Shown one piece after another: positions 50,214 to 60,185 of a DNA stretch of 64,000 nucleotides; the stretch's first letter is position 1, and each line of letters begins with the position of its first letter. The notes under the pieces are model-generated. The model ran no database searches. It saw nothing but the letters and a program-made list of their open reading frames with translations, and was not told the origin of the DNA. Made by a program: the position numbers and the translations under genes. Origin of the DNA: an uncultured Gammaproteobacteria bacterium (lineage in GTDB: Bacteria > Patescibacteriota > Microgenomatia > UBA10105 > UBA927); the NCBI GenBank assembly GCA_964394685.1, contig CAYMYO010000001.1, positions 64,040 to 128,039 of the forward strand, given 5' to 3'.

Positions 50214-52408
50214 AATGGAGACATGCATTACTGCTGTTTGTCCTGACAGCTTTATTTTTATTGCCTCAACTTTTCTGGGGGAAACTGTATATGGTTGGTG
50301 GAGATGACTCCAGGCTCTATTATTTATTCCCAAAACAATATCTGGAAAATTTCTCTTTAAAGGTTATTGCAAATAATACGCTTGGCGGAAATATGGGATA
50401 TTTCCCCGTCAGCTATTCAGCACCAATACTAGCGATAGCGACGGTATTTCAGTATATATTTCCATGGTTAAATATACAGTTTTTTATGTACGGAATAATT
50501 CTCATGTTTGGTTTTTTATTCATGCATCTTCTCTTGCAAGAGCTCATACCAAGTTTTTCAGTCATTGGGTATGTCTCTTCTATCATTGCAGCTTTATATT
50601 ACGTCTTTTCCCCCTTTATCCTTAAAACGTTTATGCAACATCAATTGATAGCTATCTTTATGCTCATGGTGTTGCCTGGATGCTTATATCTTTTTGTGAA
50701 AGGAATGAAAAAAAGAAGCTATAAATATATTCTCTTGTCCTCTTTGTTGTATTCAGTATTTAGCGCAACGTTATTAAGTGCACCTTGGTTTCTTGCAACG
50801 GTATTTATTCTTTTTCCATTACTGCTTTTTATCGTTTTTCAGTATAGAGATTTCTTCTGGAAAGCAAGTATTGTTCTTTTCATATCGTTTTTTTTTCTTA
50901 ATTTTTATTGGATCATTCATCAAGTAATCCCAATTGTATATCCAACAGGAGAGGTGAGTGTGACGTCAACGAATTCGACTCTTCAGGTAAAAGCGGCGAA
51001 TAACTACCTCATTGAAGCATTGACTCATTTGAATAGTCCTGTTTATCAAATGATAGGAACTGTAAGAACGTCGTGGTCTGATCGGGAAGGTCCGACGCTT
51101 GCTCAGTCAATAGGGGTTATTTATCTGTTTGTCATTCTACTGGCTGGAACCAGAATACATTTGGTAAGTAGAAGTCTTTATAAATATTATTGTGTCGGTT
51201 TGTCCGGATTATTATTCGCGATGCTATTTTTTACTCCGAATTTTGGGGAATGGAATTTACGTCTTTTTCAATTCTTAAATAATTATGTACCGTTGTTCGG
51301 AATGTTTCGCAATACGTACGATAAATTCGCTTTAGCAATGTCATTTCATTATTCGTTTGTTCTTTATGTCTCATTATGCGTATTAGAAAGAACGAAAACG
51401 AAAGTACTGTTTAAATATATCGGTCTTGTCATTATTGTTGGCGCCATGTTTTTTACTGCTTACCCGTACCTATTTCCAAAATTTAATGATAAAGAGTATT
51501 CGAATAGAATAACCGGTTCTTTGAATAAAGAGTTTTTTCAGCTAATTGGGTATTTAAAAAGTAATCCCACTTCCTCTCGTTATGTTTGGTTGCCTATGAC
51601 GTACCCTGGATATGTATTTATTAAAGAAGAAGGCGAAGGCAATCATTACTATGCAGGATTATCGCCCTTACAGGTTTTAGCGCAATCTAGCGATATTGCA
51701 GGTTATTATGGAATTCAAACGTCAACAAACCCAGATCTTAATTCTAAAGTTAGGATGCTGCTTCGAATAAAGGATTATGATGCTATCGGGCGAATATTTC
51801 AAAAACAGAATATAGGTTATGTTATCGTAAATAATGAAAAGCTGCCAAAAAAGGCATTAGAATTCTTAGATTCATATCCGTTTATGAGTGATCAGAACGA
51901 CGAATATAAAAATGTTATTTTAGGTGACAAGCTCCAAGATTTTGGTACTCGTTATGTTTTATATCGAATCAATCAAAAATATTATACAAACACGGTTTTT
52001 TTTACAAAAGACATCGGAGACTATCCAATAGCAGATGAAACTATTTCTTATACATACAAAAAAGTACGTTCTGGTTTATATAAAGTGACAATTGTGGGAA
52101 TAACAAAACCCTTAAAGTTAGTTTTAGCGGAGCCATATAACCGTCTTTGGAAACTACAGCTTGCTAATTCCAACAATTTGGTTAAGCTACCAATAGAAAA
52201 TGTTAAAGCTTATGATTTTGGTAACGGCTGGGAAATCGATCCTTATACATTAAAGACCAAATATCCAGAATATGTTATCGGGGAAGCTGATGGTTCAATT
52301 AGCTTAAAACTACACATACAATTTTTACCGGATTTGGTTACAAAACCAGCGCTTATTATAAGCCTTGGTTGTCTTATTTTTATATTAGTTTTATTATTTT
52401 TACCATGA
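50210..52408 (+). CDS. Large GT-C membrane protein (AftD/DUF3367/YfhO-like)
   Basis: GGDDSRLYY, FGMFRN.YDKF, EPYN..W, NGW; paralogue of 46155-48293. Confidence 0.65.
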   Translation: MKWRHALLLFVLTALFLLPQLFWGKLYMVGGDDSRLYYLFPKQYLENFSLKVIANNTLGGNMGYFPVSYSAPILAIATVFQYIFPWLNIQFFMYGIILMFGFLFMHLLLQELIPSFSVIGYVSSIIAALYYVFSPFILKTFMQHQLIAIFMLMVLPGCLYLFVKGMKKRSYKYILLSSLLYSVFSATLLSAPWFLATVFILFPLLLFIVFQYRDFFWKASIVLFISFFFLNFYWIIHQVIPIVYPTGEVSVTSTNSTLQVKAANNYLIEALTHLNSPVYQMIGTVRTSWSDREGPTLAQSIGVIYLFVILLAGTRIHLVSRSLYKYYCVGLSGLLFAMLFFTPNFGEWNLRLFQFLNNYVPLFGMFRNTYDKFALAMSFHYSFVLYVSLCVLERTKTKVLFKYIGLVIIVGAMFFTAYPYLFPKFNDKEYSNRITGSLNKEFFQLIGYLKSNPTSSRYVWLPMTYPGYVFIKEEGEGNHYYAGLSPLQVLAQSSDIAGYYGIQTSTNPDLNSKVRMLLRIKDYDAIGRIFQKQNIGYVIVNNEKLPKKALEFLDSYPFMSDQNDEYKNVILGDKLQDFGTRYVLYRINQKYYTNTVFFTKDIGDYPIADETISYTYKKVRSGLYKVTIVGITKPLKLVLAEPYNRLWKLQLANSNNLVKLPIENVKAYDFGNGWEIDPYTLKTKYPEYVIGEADGSISLKLHIQFLPDLVTKPALIISLGCLIFILVLLFLP

Positions 52409-53454
52409 TGAAATCTTTGAAGAAAATAGTGACAATAATGGTACTATTTATTTCCAGTATATTGCTTTCTCTGTTTTGGTATCGAGACGTTTATATTACG
52501 GCTATTCAAGAATTACATAAAGAAACACTTACGACTGAATTTACAGAAAAGCCACTTCTAAAAGAAGATACACTTCACTTTGAAATTACGGCAAAACATG
52601 ATAACTTTGGCATTCTAAAATTACGACCAAAAACATTTAATCGATTTAATTACGACATAATTCATTTTCGATTACGTGAAAAGGAAACCGAAACCTGGAG
52701 CGTTAACAACGCATACGTTGTTGACGTATTTAAAGATAAATTATTCTATCCCTTGGGTTTTCCGGTCATTCCAAATTCGAAGGGAAAAACATATGAAATC
52801 GAGATAACTTCTGAAAAAGGGAGCATTATAGATTCAATCGGTTTTTATGGTGGGCATAATTCGATAGCTACGCAATATGTTTATTTAAGGGAAAATATTA
52901 TTTTTAATAACTCATTGCTAACTTCATTTGTAATAGCAAAGAGTATTAGTTTAATGAAAGACCCATATTTTGTTTTGTTCTATTTATTATTCCTGCTACC
53001 CATTTTGTATTTTTTTACAAAAAGCCCTAGAACGAGAAAGCATAGATATTTTATTATTGAAATATGTATTATTTTATATTTGTATTTTGTATATATTTTT
53101 CTTCCCGTGGATTTTGATTCAAACGTTATTATTTATGTTGTTTCTGTTACATTTCTAATTGCTATCAATTATTATTATCCAGTTTTAAAAAATTTATTTG
53201 TGGGACATAAGTTCTATCCAGTTTCAAAAAATTTATTTGTTGGACATAAGTTCTATCCAGTTTCAAAAAATTTATTTGTTGGACATAAGTTCTCTTCATC
53301 ATATGTTTATCTATTCGCAATCATATTATTATTATATCTTTTAATAAATATCGCCTTAAACAGAGTACTTGAATCAACTAGGCTAGCCTTAGCGGTATTC
53401 TATACAATTGTATTAGCCTTGGGTGTTTCCTATGTAGAATTTAAAAATAAATAA
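52405..53454 (+). CDS. Hypothetical membrane protein with an extracytoplasmic domain and a 13-aa x3 repeat
   Basis: N-terminal TM, soluble domain (FPVIPNSKGKTY), C-terminal TMs. Confidence 0.6.
   Translation: MMKSLKKIVTIMVLFISSILLSLFWYRDVYITAIQELHKETLTTEFTEKPLLKEDTLHFEITAKHDNFGILKLRPKTFNRFNYDIIHFRLREKETETWSVNNAYVVDVFKDKLFYPLGFPVIPNSKGKTYEIEITSEKGSIIDSIGFYGGHNSIATQYVYLRENIIFNNSLLTSFVIAKSISLMKDPYFVLFYLLFLLPILYFFTKSPRTRKHRYFIIEICIILYLYFVYIFLPVDFDSNVIIYVVSVTFLIAINYYYPVLKNLFVGHKFYPVSKNLFVGHKFYPVSKNLFVGHKFSSSYVYLFAIILLLYLLINIALNRVLESTRLALAVFYTIVLALGVSYVEFKNK
53176..53292 (+). repeat. 39-bp tandem repeat x3 (in frame)
   Basis: TATCCAGTTT(T/C)AAAAAATTTATTTGT(G/T)GGACATAAGTTC; YPV(L/S)KNLFVGHKF x3. 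Confidence 0.95.
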
Positions 53455-53458
53455 GTAT

Positions 53459-55090
53459 ATGAATTGGTATTTATCATCAGGAGATTTAGATTTTTTTTGG
53501 AAAGAACAAATTCAGCATCTCTCGTGGATTCCGAACGTCTTTAGAACAGATGTCGGATTCGGATGGTCAGGTATTATGAGTTTGTGGCTCGATTATCCGT
53601 TCCGTCTCGTTTTGAAACTGCTGTCAGCAATAGGATTATCATGGTTCTTTATCGAAAAACTTTTGTGGATGGCGGTATTTATTATCGCTGCATATTCGTC
53701 TTATTGTTTAGCTAAATATATATTGAAATCACGTCTATCTTCTTGGCTAGCAAGTTTCATCTATATAGCAAATACGTATTTTTTACTTCTGTTTAGCGGG
53801 GGGCAACTCGGGGTCGCGCTTGCGTACGCATTTGCACCGTTTGTGTTATTTCGCTTTATCGAATCTCTCGATACAAAAAAGCCAACAATAAAAAAAGCGA
53901 TTACCAATGGATTATGGTTGACTCTTCTTATTATTTTTGATCTGCGCCTTGCGTATTTGGCGTTTGGAGTAATTTTCCTTTATCAAATAATTTCAAGAAG
54001 GTTTCATATACGCTCAACGAGCATTTCCGTACTTGTGGCGATGGCAGTTCATGCATTTTGGATATTGCCGACTATTATGACGCAGACCGGTCCTTCAGTT
54101 ATGGGAGAGGATTTTACAAATCCCGGTATGCTTCGGTTTTTAAGTTTTGCGGACTTTTCCCATACTATTTCACTTCTTCACCCCAATTGGCCGGAGAATC
54201 TTTTTGGAAAGGTATATTTTTTGCAGCCGGAATTTCTTCTTATTCCGCTCGTAGCATTTTGTTCTCTACTATTTATTACACAAGCAAAAAATAAAAAGCA
54301 CATACTATTTTTGGGACTATTAGTTCTTATCGGAGCGTTTTTTGCAAAAGGAACGCAGCCTCCGTTTGGAGGAATATTTACTTGGTGTTTTCAACATATT
54401 CCCGGGTTTATAATGTTCCGCGATCCAACAAAATTCTACATGTTGACTGCTATTGGATATTCTGTTCTTATTCCATTTACTCTTTCGAAGATAAATAAAT
54501 ATTTTGTATATGCGTTATTTGGGGTATTTTGGCTTATTTTACTTCGAGCAGTTGCTACTGGCGAGGTTAAAGGAAATTTTCAACCAATACAACTTCCGCA
54601 GGAATATGTTCAGTTAAAAGATCAATTAGTTCAAGATACAAAATCATCCCGAACGCTCTGGATACCGAACAAAGAAAATTTCGCATATTATTCCGATATT
54701 CATCCAGTGTTGCAAATGAATCAGTTGTTTAAAGATATGTCACTGTCAGAACTGGCGACTGTCGCAACAAGTTCTGCATTTCTTGAAACGCTAAATAACG
54801 CCGGAGTGAAATATGTGATTGTTCCGATGAATATCGAAGGAAAAATATTCATGCGGGATTACAAATATAATAACGATTTACGAATGTCAATTGTTAATGC
54901 ATTAAAAAGTACTCCATTAAAACAAAACGCTAATTATGTAGATATCGCTGTTTTTGAAAATCCGCAATTTCAGGATATGAAAATTACGGTTCCTGACATA
55001 GTCCAAACGCAACAGTATTATGCAAATGTTGGCGTACTTATCAGTGTTGTTGTTTTTATTGTGATAGTTATTTTTATTGTATGGTTTTGA
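53459..55090 (+). CDS. GT-C membrane protein (AftD/DUF3367-like)
   Basis: SSGD, GGQ, HAFWILP, IPGFIMFRDPTKF, GVKYVIVP. Confidence 0.65.
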   Translation: MNWYLSSGDLDFFWKEQIQHLSWIPNVFRTDVGFGWSGIMSLWLDYPFRLVLKLLSAIGLSWFFIEKLLWMAVFIIAAYSSYCLAKYILKSRLSSWLASFIYIANTYFLLLFSGGQLGVALAYAFAPFVLFRFIESLDTKKPTIKKAITNGLWLTLLIIFDLRLAYLAFGVIFLYQIISRRFHIRSTSISVLVAMAVHAFWILPTIMTQTGPSVMGEDFTNPGMLRFLSFADFSHTISLLHPNWPENLFGKVYFLQPEFLLIPLVAFCSLLFITQAKNKKHILFLGLLVLIGAFFAKGTQPPFGGIFTWCFQHIPGFIMFRDPTKFYMLTAIGYSVLIPFTLSKINKYFVYALFGVFWLILLRAVATGEVKGNFQPIQLPQEYVQLKDQLVQDTKSSRTLWIPNKENFAYYSDIHPVLQMNQLFKDMSLSELATVATSSAFLETLNNAGVKYVIVPMNIEGKIFMRDYKYNNDLRMSIVNALKSTPLKQNANYVDIAVFENPQFQDMKITVPDIVQTQQYYANVGVLISVVVFIVIVIFIVWF

Positions 55091-56937
55091 TACTTATTAT
55101 TTTTATTCTTCTTTCGTGGTACGCCGGGTACATTGTATTAGAACGAATTGTTCCAAAATTTCCAAAACTTTTTCTGTTGGCAGGCGCTTTCCTTGTCGGA
55201 ACCGCAATTATTGTGCCCATCACGTATATCTTCTCTTGTGCATTGGCAACAACTCATCAACCATTGTTGTGGGGGACTATAGCAACAACTGCGCTTCTTG
55301 CCATTGTGAGCATTCGGTATAGACGACGCATCAAGTTATCGTTTTCGTTTTCTGAGGTAGCTTTCTTGCTCTTTGCATTTGGTTTCAGTTATTGGCTCAT
55401 GTTTAAGACATTTCATGGCAGCACATCGGGACTGCTATTTGTCGGAAGCAATAACATTTTTGATTTTGGGTTGTCGATTGGACTTATCCGATCCATTTCA
55501 CACGGAGCAAATATACCCTTCGGTTCTCCATTTTTTGCCGGGTTTCCAATGTTTTACCATTTTTTCTTTCCGTTTTACTGTGCATTGTGGGAATATTTTG
55601 GCGTTCCGATTATATGGGCAGTGAATGGCCCAAGCATCCTTTCTTTTGCAGCACTTCTTATTGTTATTTTCTCTCTCCCTTCGATATTTGGAGTAAAAGG
55701 GAAACTTGTTGGTTGGATTGGAGTACTTTTGACAATAACACACCCGACCTTAACGTTTTGGAAATACATTGCAGACAAGGGGATATCGATAGAGACGCTT
55801 AAATATTTGTGGCAAATTCCTACGTATCCGTTTGCAGGTCCATTTGACGGTTCAATCATAAGTATCTTTATGACCCTCAATAACTACATAAACCAACGAC
55901 ATTTGGCATTTGCTGTTGTACTTGGATTAGTACTTTATGCCGTTGTTTGGAAAATAATCGCACAAACAAAAAAGACACGATGGTATATGTCTGTCATCAT
56001 CGGATGTTTCGTCGGCGGAATGTTTTACTGGAATGTAGTGATATGTGGTGCTATCATACTCTCTATTATTTTTTTATTTGCTGTATATAAACAACTTAAG
56101 GCAGGAATTGTATTTGCATGTTCTGTTGGTATAGTTGTTATTCTTTCACTTATTCTGTATATACCAACATTGATTGAATTATTCCGCTTTGCACAATATA
56201 TGACTTCTGATTCTTTCGCATCTTCTCAACGCACATGGTCGCTCTGGACATATCTTTGGGAAAATCTTGGAGTATTGCCGTTTGTGGCTGCCATTGGGTA
56301 CGTGGTTCTCGGAAAAAGGGTAAAGCCATTTCTTCCAATGGTCGTGATGTTTATTCTTTTAAGTTTATTCGCTGGGTATCACAACCGGGGATTTGATCAG
56401 AAGTTATTGTCTATTTTTATTATTCCCATAAATCTTCTTGCAGCCACAGGGTTAATATGGTTATGGAATAAAAAATTACTGATTGTAAGGGTTCTGTCAT
56501 GTTTTCTTTTTTTTGCACTCACAATTTCTGGAGTAATTGATTTATTGGTTGTGAAAAATGAATTCGCATTTCCGATAATTGGCAGTGAGTCATTGCCGGT
56601 TATTTCCTGGATACGCCGGAATACTCCCAAGGATGCTGTTTTTGTATCGTATAAAGACATGATCGATCCGGTCGTCCTTGCCGGGAGGAAAAATTATTAC
56701 GGTTTTTACGGCAATATCGGAGAATTTACACGATCATCTGAAACAGTTTCGAAAATATATGCGGGTGATATAAAAACTGCAAATAAATTGGGTATCTCCT
56801 ATATACTTATGCCTAAATGGAATAAAAGTGATTTTACATATGTTGTTGATGAGATAAAATTACGACAACTCTACCCAGTTGCCTATCAAGATGAACGGTT
56901 CCTTATCTTCGGCACGCGTTTGTCTGTGATACAATAA
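55081..56937 (+). CDS. Multi-TM membrane protein, probable GT-C glycosyltransferase
   Basis: GANIP...P.FAG..M.YHFF, QR, WIRRNTPKDAVF. Confidence 0.6.
   Translation: MVLILIIFILLSWYAGYIVLERIVPKFPKLFLLAGAFLVGTAIIVPITYIFSCALATTHQPLLWGTIATTALLAIVSIRYRRRIKLSFSFSEVAFLLFAFGFSYWLMFKTFHGSTSGLLFVGSNNIFDFGLSIGLIRSISHGANIPFGSPFFAGFPMFYHFFFPFYCALWEYFGVPIIWAVNGPSILSFAALLIVIFSLPSIFGVKGKLVGWIGVLLTITHPTLTFWKYIADKGISIETLKYLWQIPTYPFAGPFDGSIISIFMTLNNYINQRHLAFAVVLGLVLYAVVWKIIAQTKKTRWYMSVIIGCFVGGMFYWNVVICGAIILSIIFLFAVYKQLKAGIVFACSVGIVVILSLILYIPTLIELFRFAQYMTSDSFASSQRTWSLWTYLWENLGVLPFVAAIGYVVLGKRVKPFLPMVVMFILLSLFAGYHNRGFDQKLLSIFIIPINLLAATGLIWLWNKKLLIVRVLSCFLFFALTISGVIDLLVVKNEFAFPIIGSESLPVISWIRRNTPKDAVFVSYKDMIDPVVLAGRKNYYGFYGNIGEFTRSSETVSKIYAGDIKTANKLGISYILMPKWNKSDFTYVVDEIKLRQLYPVAYQDERFLIFGTRLSVIQ
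56927..56935 (+). promoter_or_regulatory. Extended -10 promoter (TGaTACAAT), 7 nt before ATG
   Basis: TG-A-TACAAT-aactaat-ATG(56943). Confidence 0.6.
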
Positions 56938-56942
56938 CTAAT

Positions 56943-57890
56943 ATGGATACATCCAAACTCGTGAGTGTTGTTACGGGTGGTGCTGGGTTTATTGGTTCTA
57001 ACCTCTGTGAAGCGCTCCTTGGAAAAGGCCATAAAGTTTATTGTATAGACAACCTTCTTACAGGAACTGAAAAGAATATAGATCCTTTAAAAACCAATCC
57101 TGATTTTACCTTCATTAAATGGGATGTAACAAATGATATGCCAGTACTTCCTAATGTTGACTATGTGTTTCATCTCGCATCTCCAGCTTCCGTTCCTGAC
57201 TATCAAAAATATGATGAAGAAACAGCACTGGTTAATTCAATTGGGACCAGAAATTTACTGAAATTTGCAAAAGCATATAACGCAAAGTTTTTATTTACTT
57301 CAACAAGTGAAGTATACGGAGACCCGAAAGAACATCCGCAAAAAGAAACATACTGGGGCAATGTGAATCCGAATGGAGTACGTGCGTGTTACGACGAATC
57401 CAAACGTTTTGGTGAAATGATAACAATGTTATATATCCGAAATAAAGGTGTTGACGGTCGGATTGCGAGAATTTTTAACACCTATGGACCAAAGATGAGA
57501 AAAGATGACGGGAGAGTCATATCAAATTTTATTAATCAGGCATTAGAGGGTAAACCAATCACCATATATGGTGAGGGGAAACAGACACGATCGTTTTGTT
57601 ATATTTTTGATCAAGTGGCAGGACTTATGGCGATGATGTTTGGGGATAATACAAAAGGAGAAGTAGTAAATATCGGTAATCCTGAAGAATATACCGTGTT
57701 AGATTTGGCAAACAAAATTAAAGCAATGACCGGATCAAAATCAGAAATCGTGTATGCAGAGCTTCCAAAGGATGATCCAACACAAAGAAAACCAGATATT
57801 TCAAAAGCGCAAACACTTCTTGGCTGGAAACCAATTGTGTCAGTTGACGAAGGTTTGAAAAAAACGATCGAATATTACAAATCGTTGTAA
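56943..57890 (+). CDS. uxs: UDP-glucuronate decarboxylase (UDP-xylose synthase)
   Basis: TGGAGFIG, HLASPAS, TSEVYGDP..HPQ.ETYWGNVNP.G.R.CYDE.KR, DDP.QRKPDI. Confidence 0.9.
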   Translation: MDTSKLVSVVTGGAGFIGSNLCEALLGKGHKVYCIDNLLTGTEKNIDPLKTNPDFTFIKWDVTNDMPVLPNVDYVFHLASPASVPDYQKYDEETALVNSIGTRNLLKFAKAYNAKFLFTSTSEVYGDPKEHPQKETYWGNVNPNGVRACYDESKRFGEMITMLYIRNKGVDGRIARIFNTYGPKMRKDDGRVISNFINQALEGKPITIYGEGKQTRSFCYIFDQVAGLMAMMFGDNTKGEVVNIGNPEEYTVLDLANKIKAMTGSKSEIVYAELPKDDPTQRKPDISKAQTLLGWKPIVSVDEGLKKTIEYYKSL

Positions 57891-57900
57891 GAAAAACTTT

Positions 57901-58245
57901 ATGATTCGTATTATTACATCCTCAATATCACTGAAAGAATTGAAAGAATCGGCTAAAAATGGTTTAGGAACACTCGTTAAAGCGGTAGTAGATATCGAAC
58001 GAAAACTCATGGCAATAGAAGGAGCCATGCATGCTGATGAAGAACAAATACTTCTTACTGATGGATCGAAACAACAGAATCTTTGGGGTATAAATATTTA
58101 TCCTGATCTTCCGATTGCTGATCGTATTGAATTTGATTCAATGATAAATATTCGTCCTTCACAAGGGAATCCAAGCAGATCAGTAGAAAATCCTAACATT
58201 CAAAAGGAAATTCAAAGAATTGTAAACAGCATAATTACTGAATAA
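57901..58245 (+). CDS. DUF5674-like small protein
   Basis: VKAVVDI, HADEE..LL..GS.Q.NLWG.N, IEFDSMINIRP.Q.N.S; recognised from memory. Confidence 0.65.
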   Translation: MIRIITSSISLKELKESAKNGLGTLVKAVVDIERKLMAIEGAMHADEEQILLTDGSKQQNLWGINIYPDLPIADRIEFDSMINIRPSQGNPSRSVENPNIQKEIQRIVNSIITE

Positions 58246-58247
58246 GT

Positions 58248-58571
58248 ATGTATCATCCGTCACTTACACAAGAGAAATGGAATTCCCTCTCAACCTTTGA
58301 ACAGCTTGGAAATATTGGAAGTGAAGTGTCACGCGCCATCATTTGGCGTTCAAAAAATGCTGAGTATATGAAACTTGCAGTTTTTCGGGCTTTAGAATTA
58401 TTGGATTTGTCTGTTGGTGACAAGAAAAATATTCTTAATTTAAAAGAAATTCTTCGTGTCAGGGAGTGCATCGCTGATTATTTTTTAGGAGATAACGTAT
58501 ATAAGTTTACCGATGAGTGGTGGAATAAGTACTTTATGGAGTATGCAATGGCCGCAAGGAGACATACGTGA
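58248..58571 (+). CDS. Small helical hypothetical protein
   Basis: W..LS..EQ.GNIGSEV.RA...RALEL.DL...E..R.RE; 2 nt after previous stop. Confidence 0.65.
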   Translation: MYHPSLTQEKWNSLSTFEQLGNIGSEVSRAIIWRSKNAEYMKLAVFRALELLDLSVGDKKNILNLKEILRVRECIADYFLGDNVYKFTDEWWNKYFMEYAMAARRHT

Positions 58572-58780
58572 AACTTCAGGATGTCGGATTTTTTATTGTG
58601 TTAGCTATACTTCTTATTGTTCGTAAGCCAATCTGGTTTGTGTACACGGGGCTTTTATGTTTTGCACTCGCAATTCCATTATTTGCCCAGTGGGTATTTT
58701 TCACCGGAGAGCGGCTTGTTTGGTATGGAGCAGGATTTATATTTGTGAGTATAATACTATATATAGTCAAAAAGGAATAA
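58568..58780 (+). CDS. Small membrane protein
   Basis: GTG start overlapping the upstream stop (GTGA); hydrophobic; fills gap before galE. Confidence 0.6.
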   Translation: MKLQDVGFFIVLAILLIVRKPIWFVYTGLLCFALAIPLFAQWVFFTGERLVWYGAGFIFVSIILYIVKKE

Positions 58781-58784
58781 ATAT

Positions 58785-59765
58785 ATGAAATTCTTAATTA
58801 CCGGTGGTGTTGGATATATCGGGTCACTAACAAATGCATTCATTCAATCTCAAGGACACGAGACAGTTGTTTTTGACAGCCTAGTCAATGGTCATCGGGA
58901 ATCTGTTGGAAAAACACCGCTTATTGTTGGAGATTTATGTAATAAAGATGAAATAGATGCAGTGTTTCAGGATGAACGATTTGATGCGGTGATCCACTTT
59001 GCTGCGTTTGCTCTTGCCGGCGAATCCATGGAACGGCCATATGACTATTTAAGAAATAATATCAATGGAACGTTAAATCTTCTGGATTCAATGCATAAAT
59101 ATGATTGCAAAACACTCATATTTTCCTCAACATGTGCAATTTATGGATTCCCAAAATCACTTCCTGTGACCGAAGAGTCACCTATCAGTCCAATGTCTAT
59201 TTATGCTCAGTCCAAACGGTCGTGTGAAGAAATAATAGATTGGTATGAGGAGTTATATGGTATTAAGAACGCAAAACTTCGGTATTTTAATGCTTGTGGA
59301 GACATGCCGGATGGATCTTTGGGTGAAGATCATGCACCGGAAACACACATTATTCCTGTTGCGCTTCAAGCAGCGATTACTGGAAAGCCGTTTTTTGTGT
59401 TTGGAAAAGACTACAAAACATCGGATGGAACATGTATTCGAGATTATATTCACGTACTTGATCTTGCTGATGCGCATTTAAAAGCAGTGTCTTCAATACT
59501 TAAAACTAAAGAATCATTGACAGTTAATTTAGGGGTAGGGAAAGGGTATTCAAATTTGGAAGTACTAAAAGCTGTTGAGAAGGTCACAGGAAAAACGCTT
59601 GATATTCAATATAAAGAGAGACGTGCTGGTGATCCGGATGCCATATATGCAGATAACGCGAAGGCAAAGACAATACTCGGATGGGAACCACAGTATACAA
59701 CCATTGAATCGATCATCGAAACCGCGTGGGCGTGGCACTCAAAGCACCCAAACGGGTATAAATAG
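58785..59765 (+). CDS. galE: UDP-glucose 4-epimerase
   Basis: TGG.GYIGS, IHFAA, FSSTCA.YG, LRYFNA.G, DGTCIRDYIHV.DLA.AH. Confidence 0.9.
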   Translation: MKFLITGGVGYIGSLTNAFIQSQGHETVVFDSLVNGHRESVGKTPLIVGDLCNKDEIDAVFQDERFDAVIHFAAFALAGESMERPYDYLRNNINGTLNLLDSMHKYDCKTLIFSSTCAIYGFPKSLPVTEESPISPMSIYAQSKRSCEEIIDWYEELYGIKNAKLRYFNACGDMPDGSLGEDHAPETHIIPVALQAAITGKPFFVFGKDYKTSDGTCIRDYIHVLDLADAHLKAVSSILKTKESLTVNLGVGKGYSNLEVLKAVEKVTGKTLDIQYKERRAGDPDAIYADNAKAKTILGWEPQYTTIESIIETAWAWHSKHPNGYK

Positions 59766-59797
59766 TATCAAGTATAAAGTATTAAGTATTACGTATA
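59763..59797 (-). repeat. Degenerate heptamer array (ATACNNN family on - strand) x5, between galE and the four-helix-bundle gene
   Basis: + strand: tagtatc aagtata aagtatt aagtatt acgtata. Confidence 0.85.
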
Positions 59798-59807
59798 AAA
59801 AACGAAT

Positions 59808-60185
59808 TCAACCGTGGGATGCTGCACTTTTAATTAATCCGTTGATAAGTTTATGAACCTGAACGGTTTGTTGAGCAATAGATTGAAAAAGTTCACTTTT
59901 GAGATATCCCAAGTCTCTTGCTATAACAAGTTGATTTTGTATTTCTGTTGTTGATCCAAGCGCCATGTAATAAAATTGAACCTTATCTTTTCTTGTTCTT
60001 CTGGAAAATCCTTCTGCAATATTACTCGTTATTGATACCGAAGCACGCTGCATTTGGTTAGTAAGAGAATATGTTTGATGATGAGGAAATTCAAAAGTTA
60101 TTTTATAAATGTTAAGAACAAGTGCGTGCCCTTCTTTCCATGCGGTAAGATCTGTAAACGATTGAATTTTTGTTACATTACTCAT
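59808..60185 (-). CDS. Four helix bundle protein (23S rRNA IVS protein / bAvd-like family)
   Basis: F.DL.AW..., FP....Y.L..QM.RA.VSI.SNIAEG, F...A.GS..E...QL..A.DLGYL; ATG 60185 overlaps upstream stop. Confidence 0.9.
   Translation of the reverse strand: MSNVTKIQSFTDLTAWKEGHALVLNIYKITFEFPHHQTYSLTNQMQRASVSITSNIAEGFSRRTRKDKVQFYYMALGSTTEIQNQLVIARDLGYLKSELFQSIAQQTVQVHKLINGLIKSAASHG

Noticed and set aside
53176-53292. Possible CRISPR array (39-bp repeats)
   Set aside because: Copies are directly adjacent with no spacers, lie in frame in a CDS, and there are no cas genes
59808-60185. Diversity-generating retroelement (Avd-like gene)
   Set aside because: No reverse transcriptase and no TR/VR pair with adenine-specific mismatches was seen in the window
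59808-60185. 23S rRNA intervening sequence
   Set aside because: The flanks are protein-coding genes; no rRNA sequence is present
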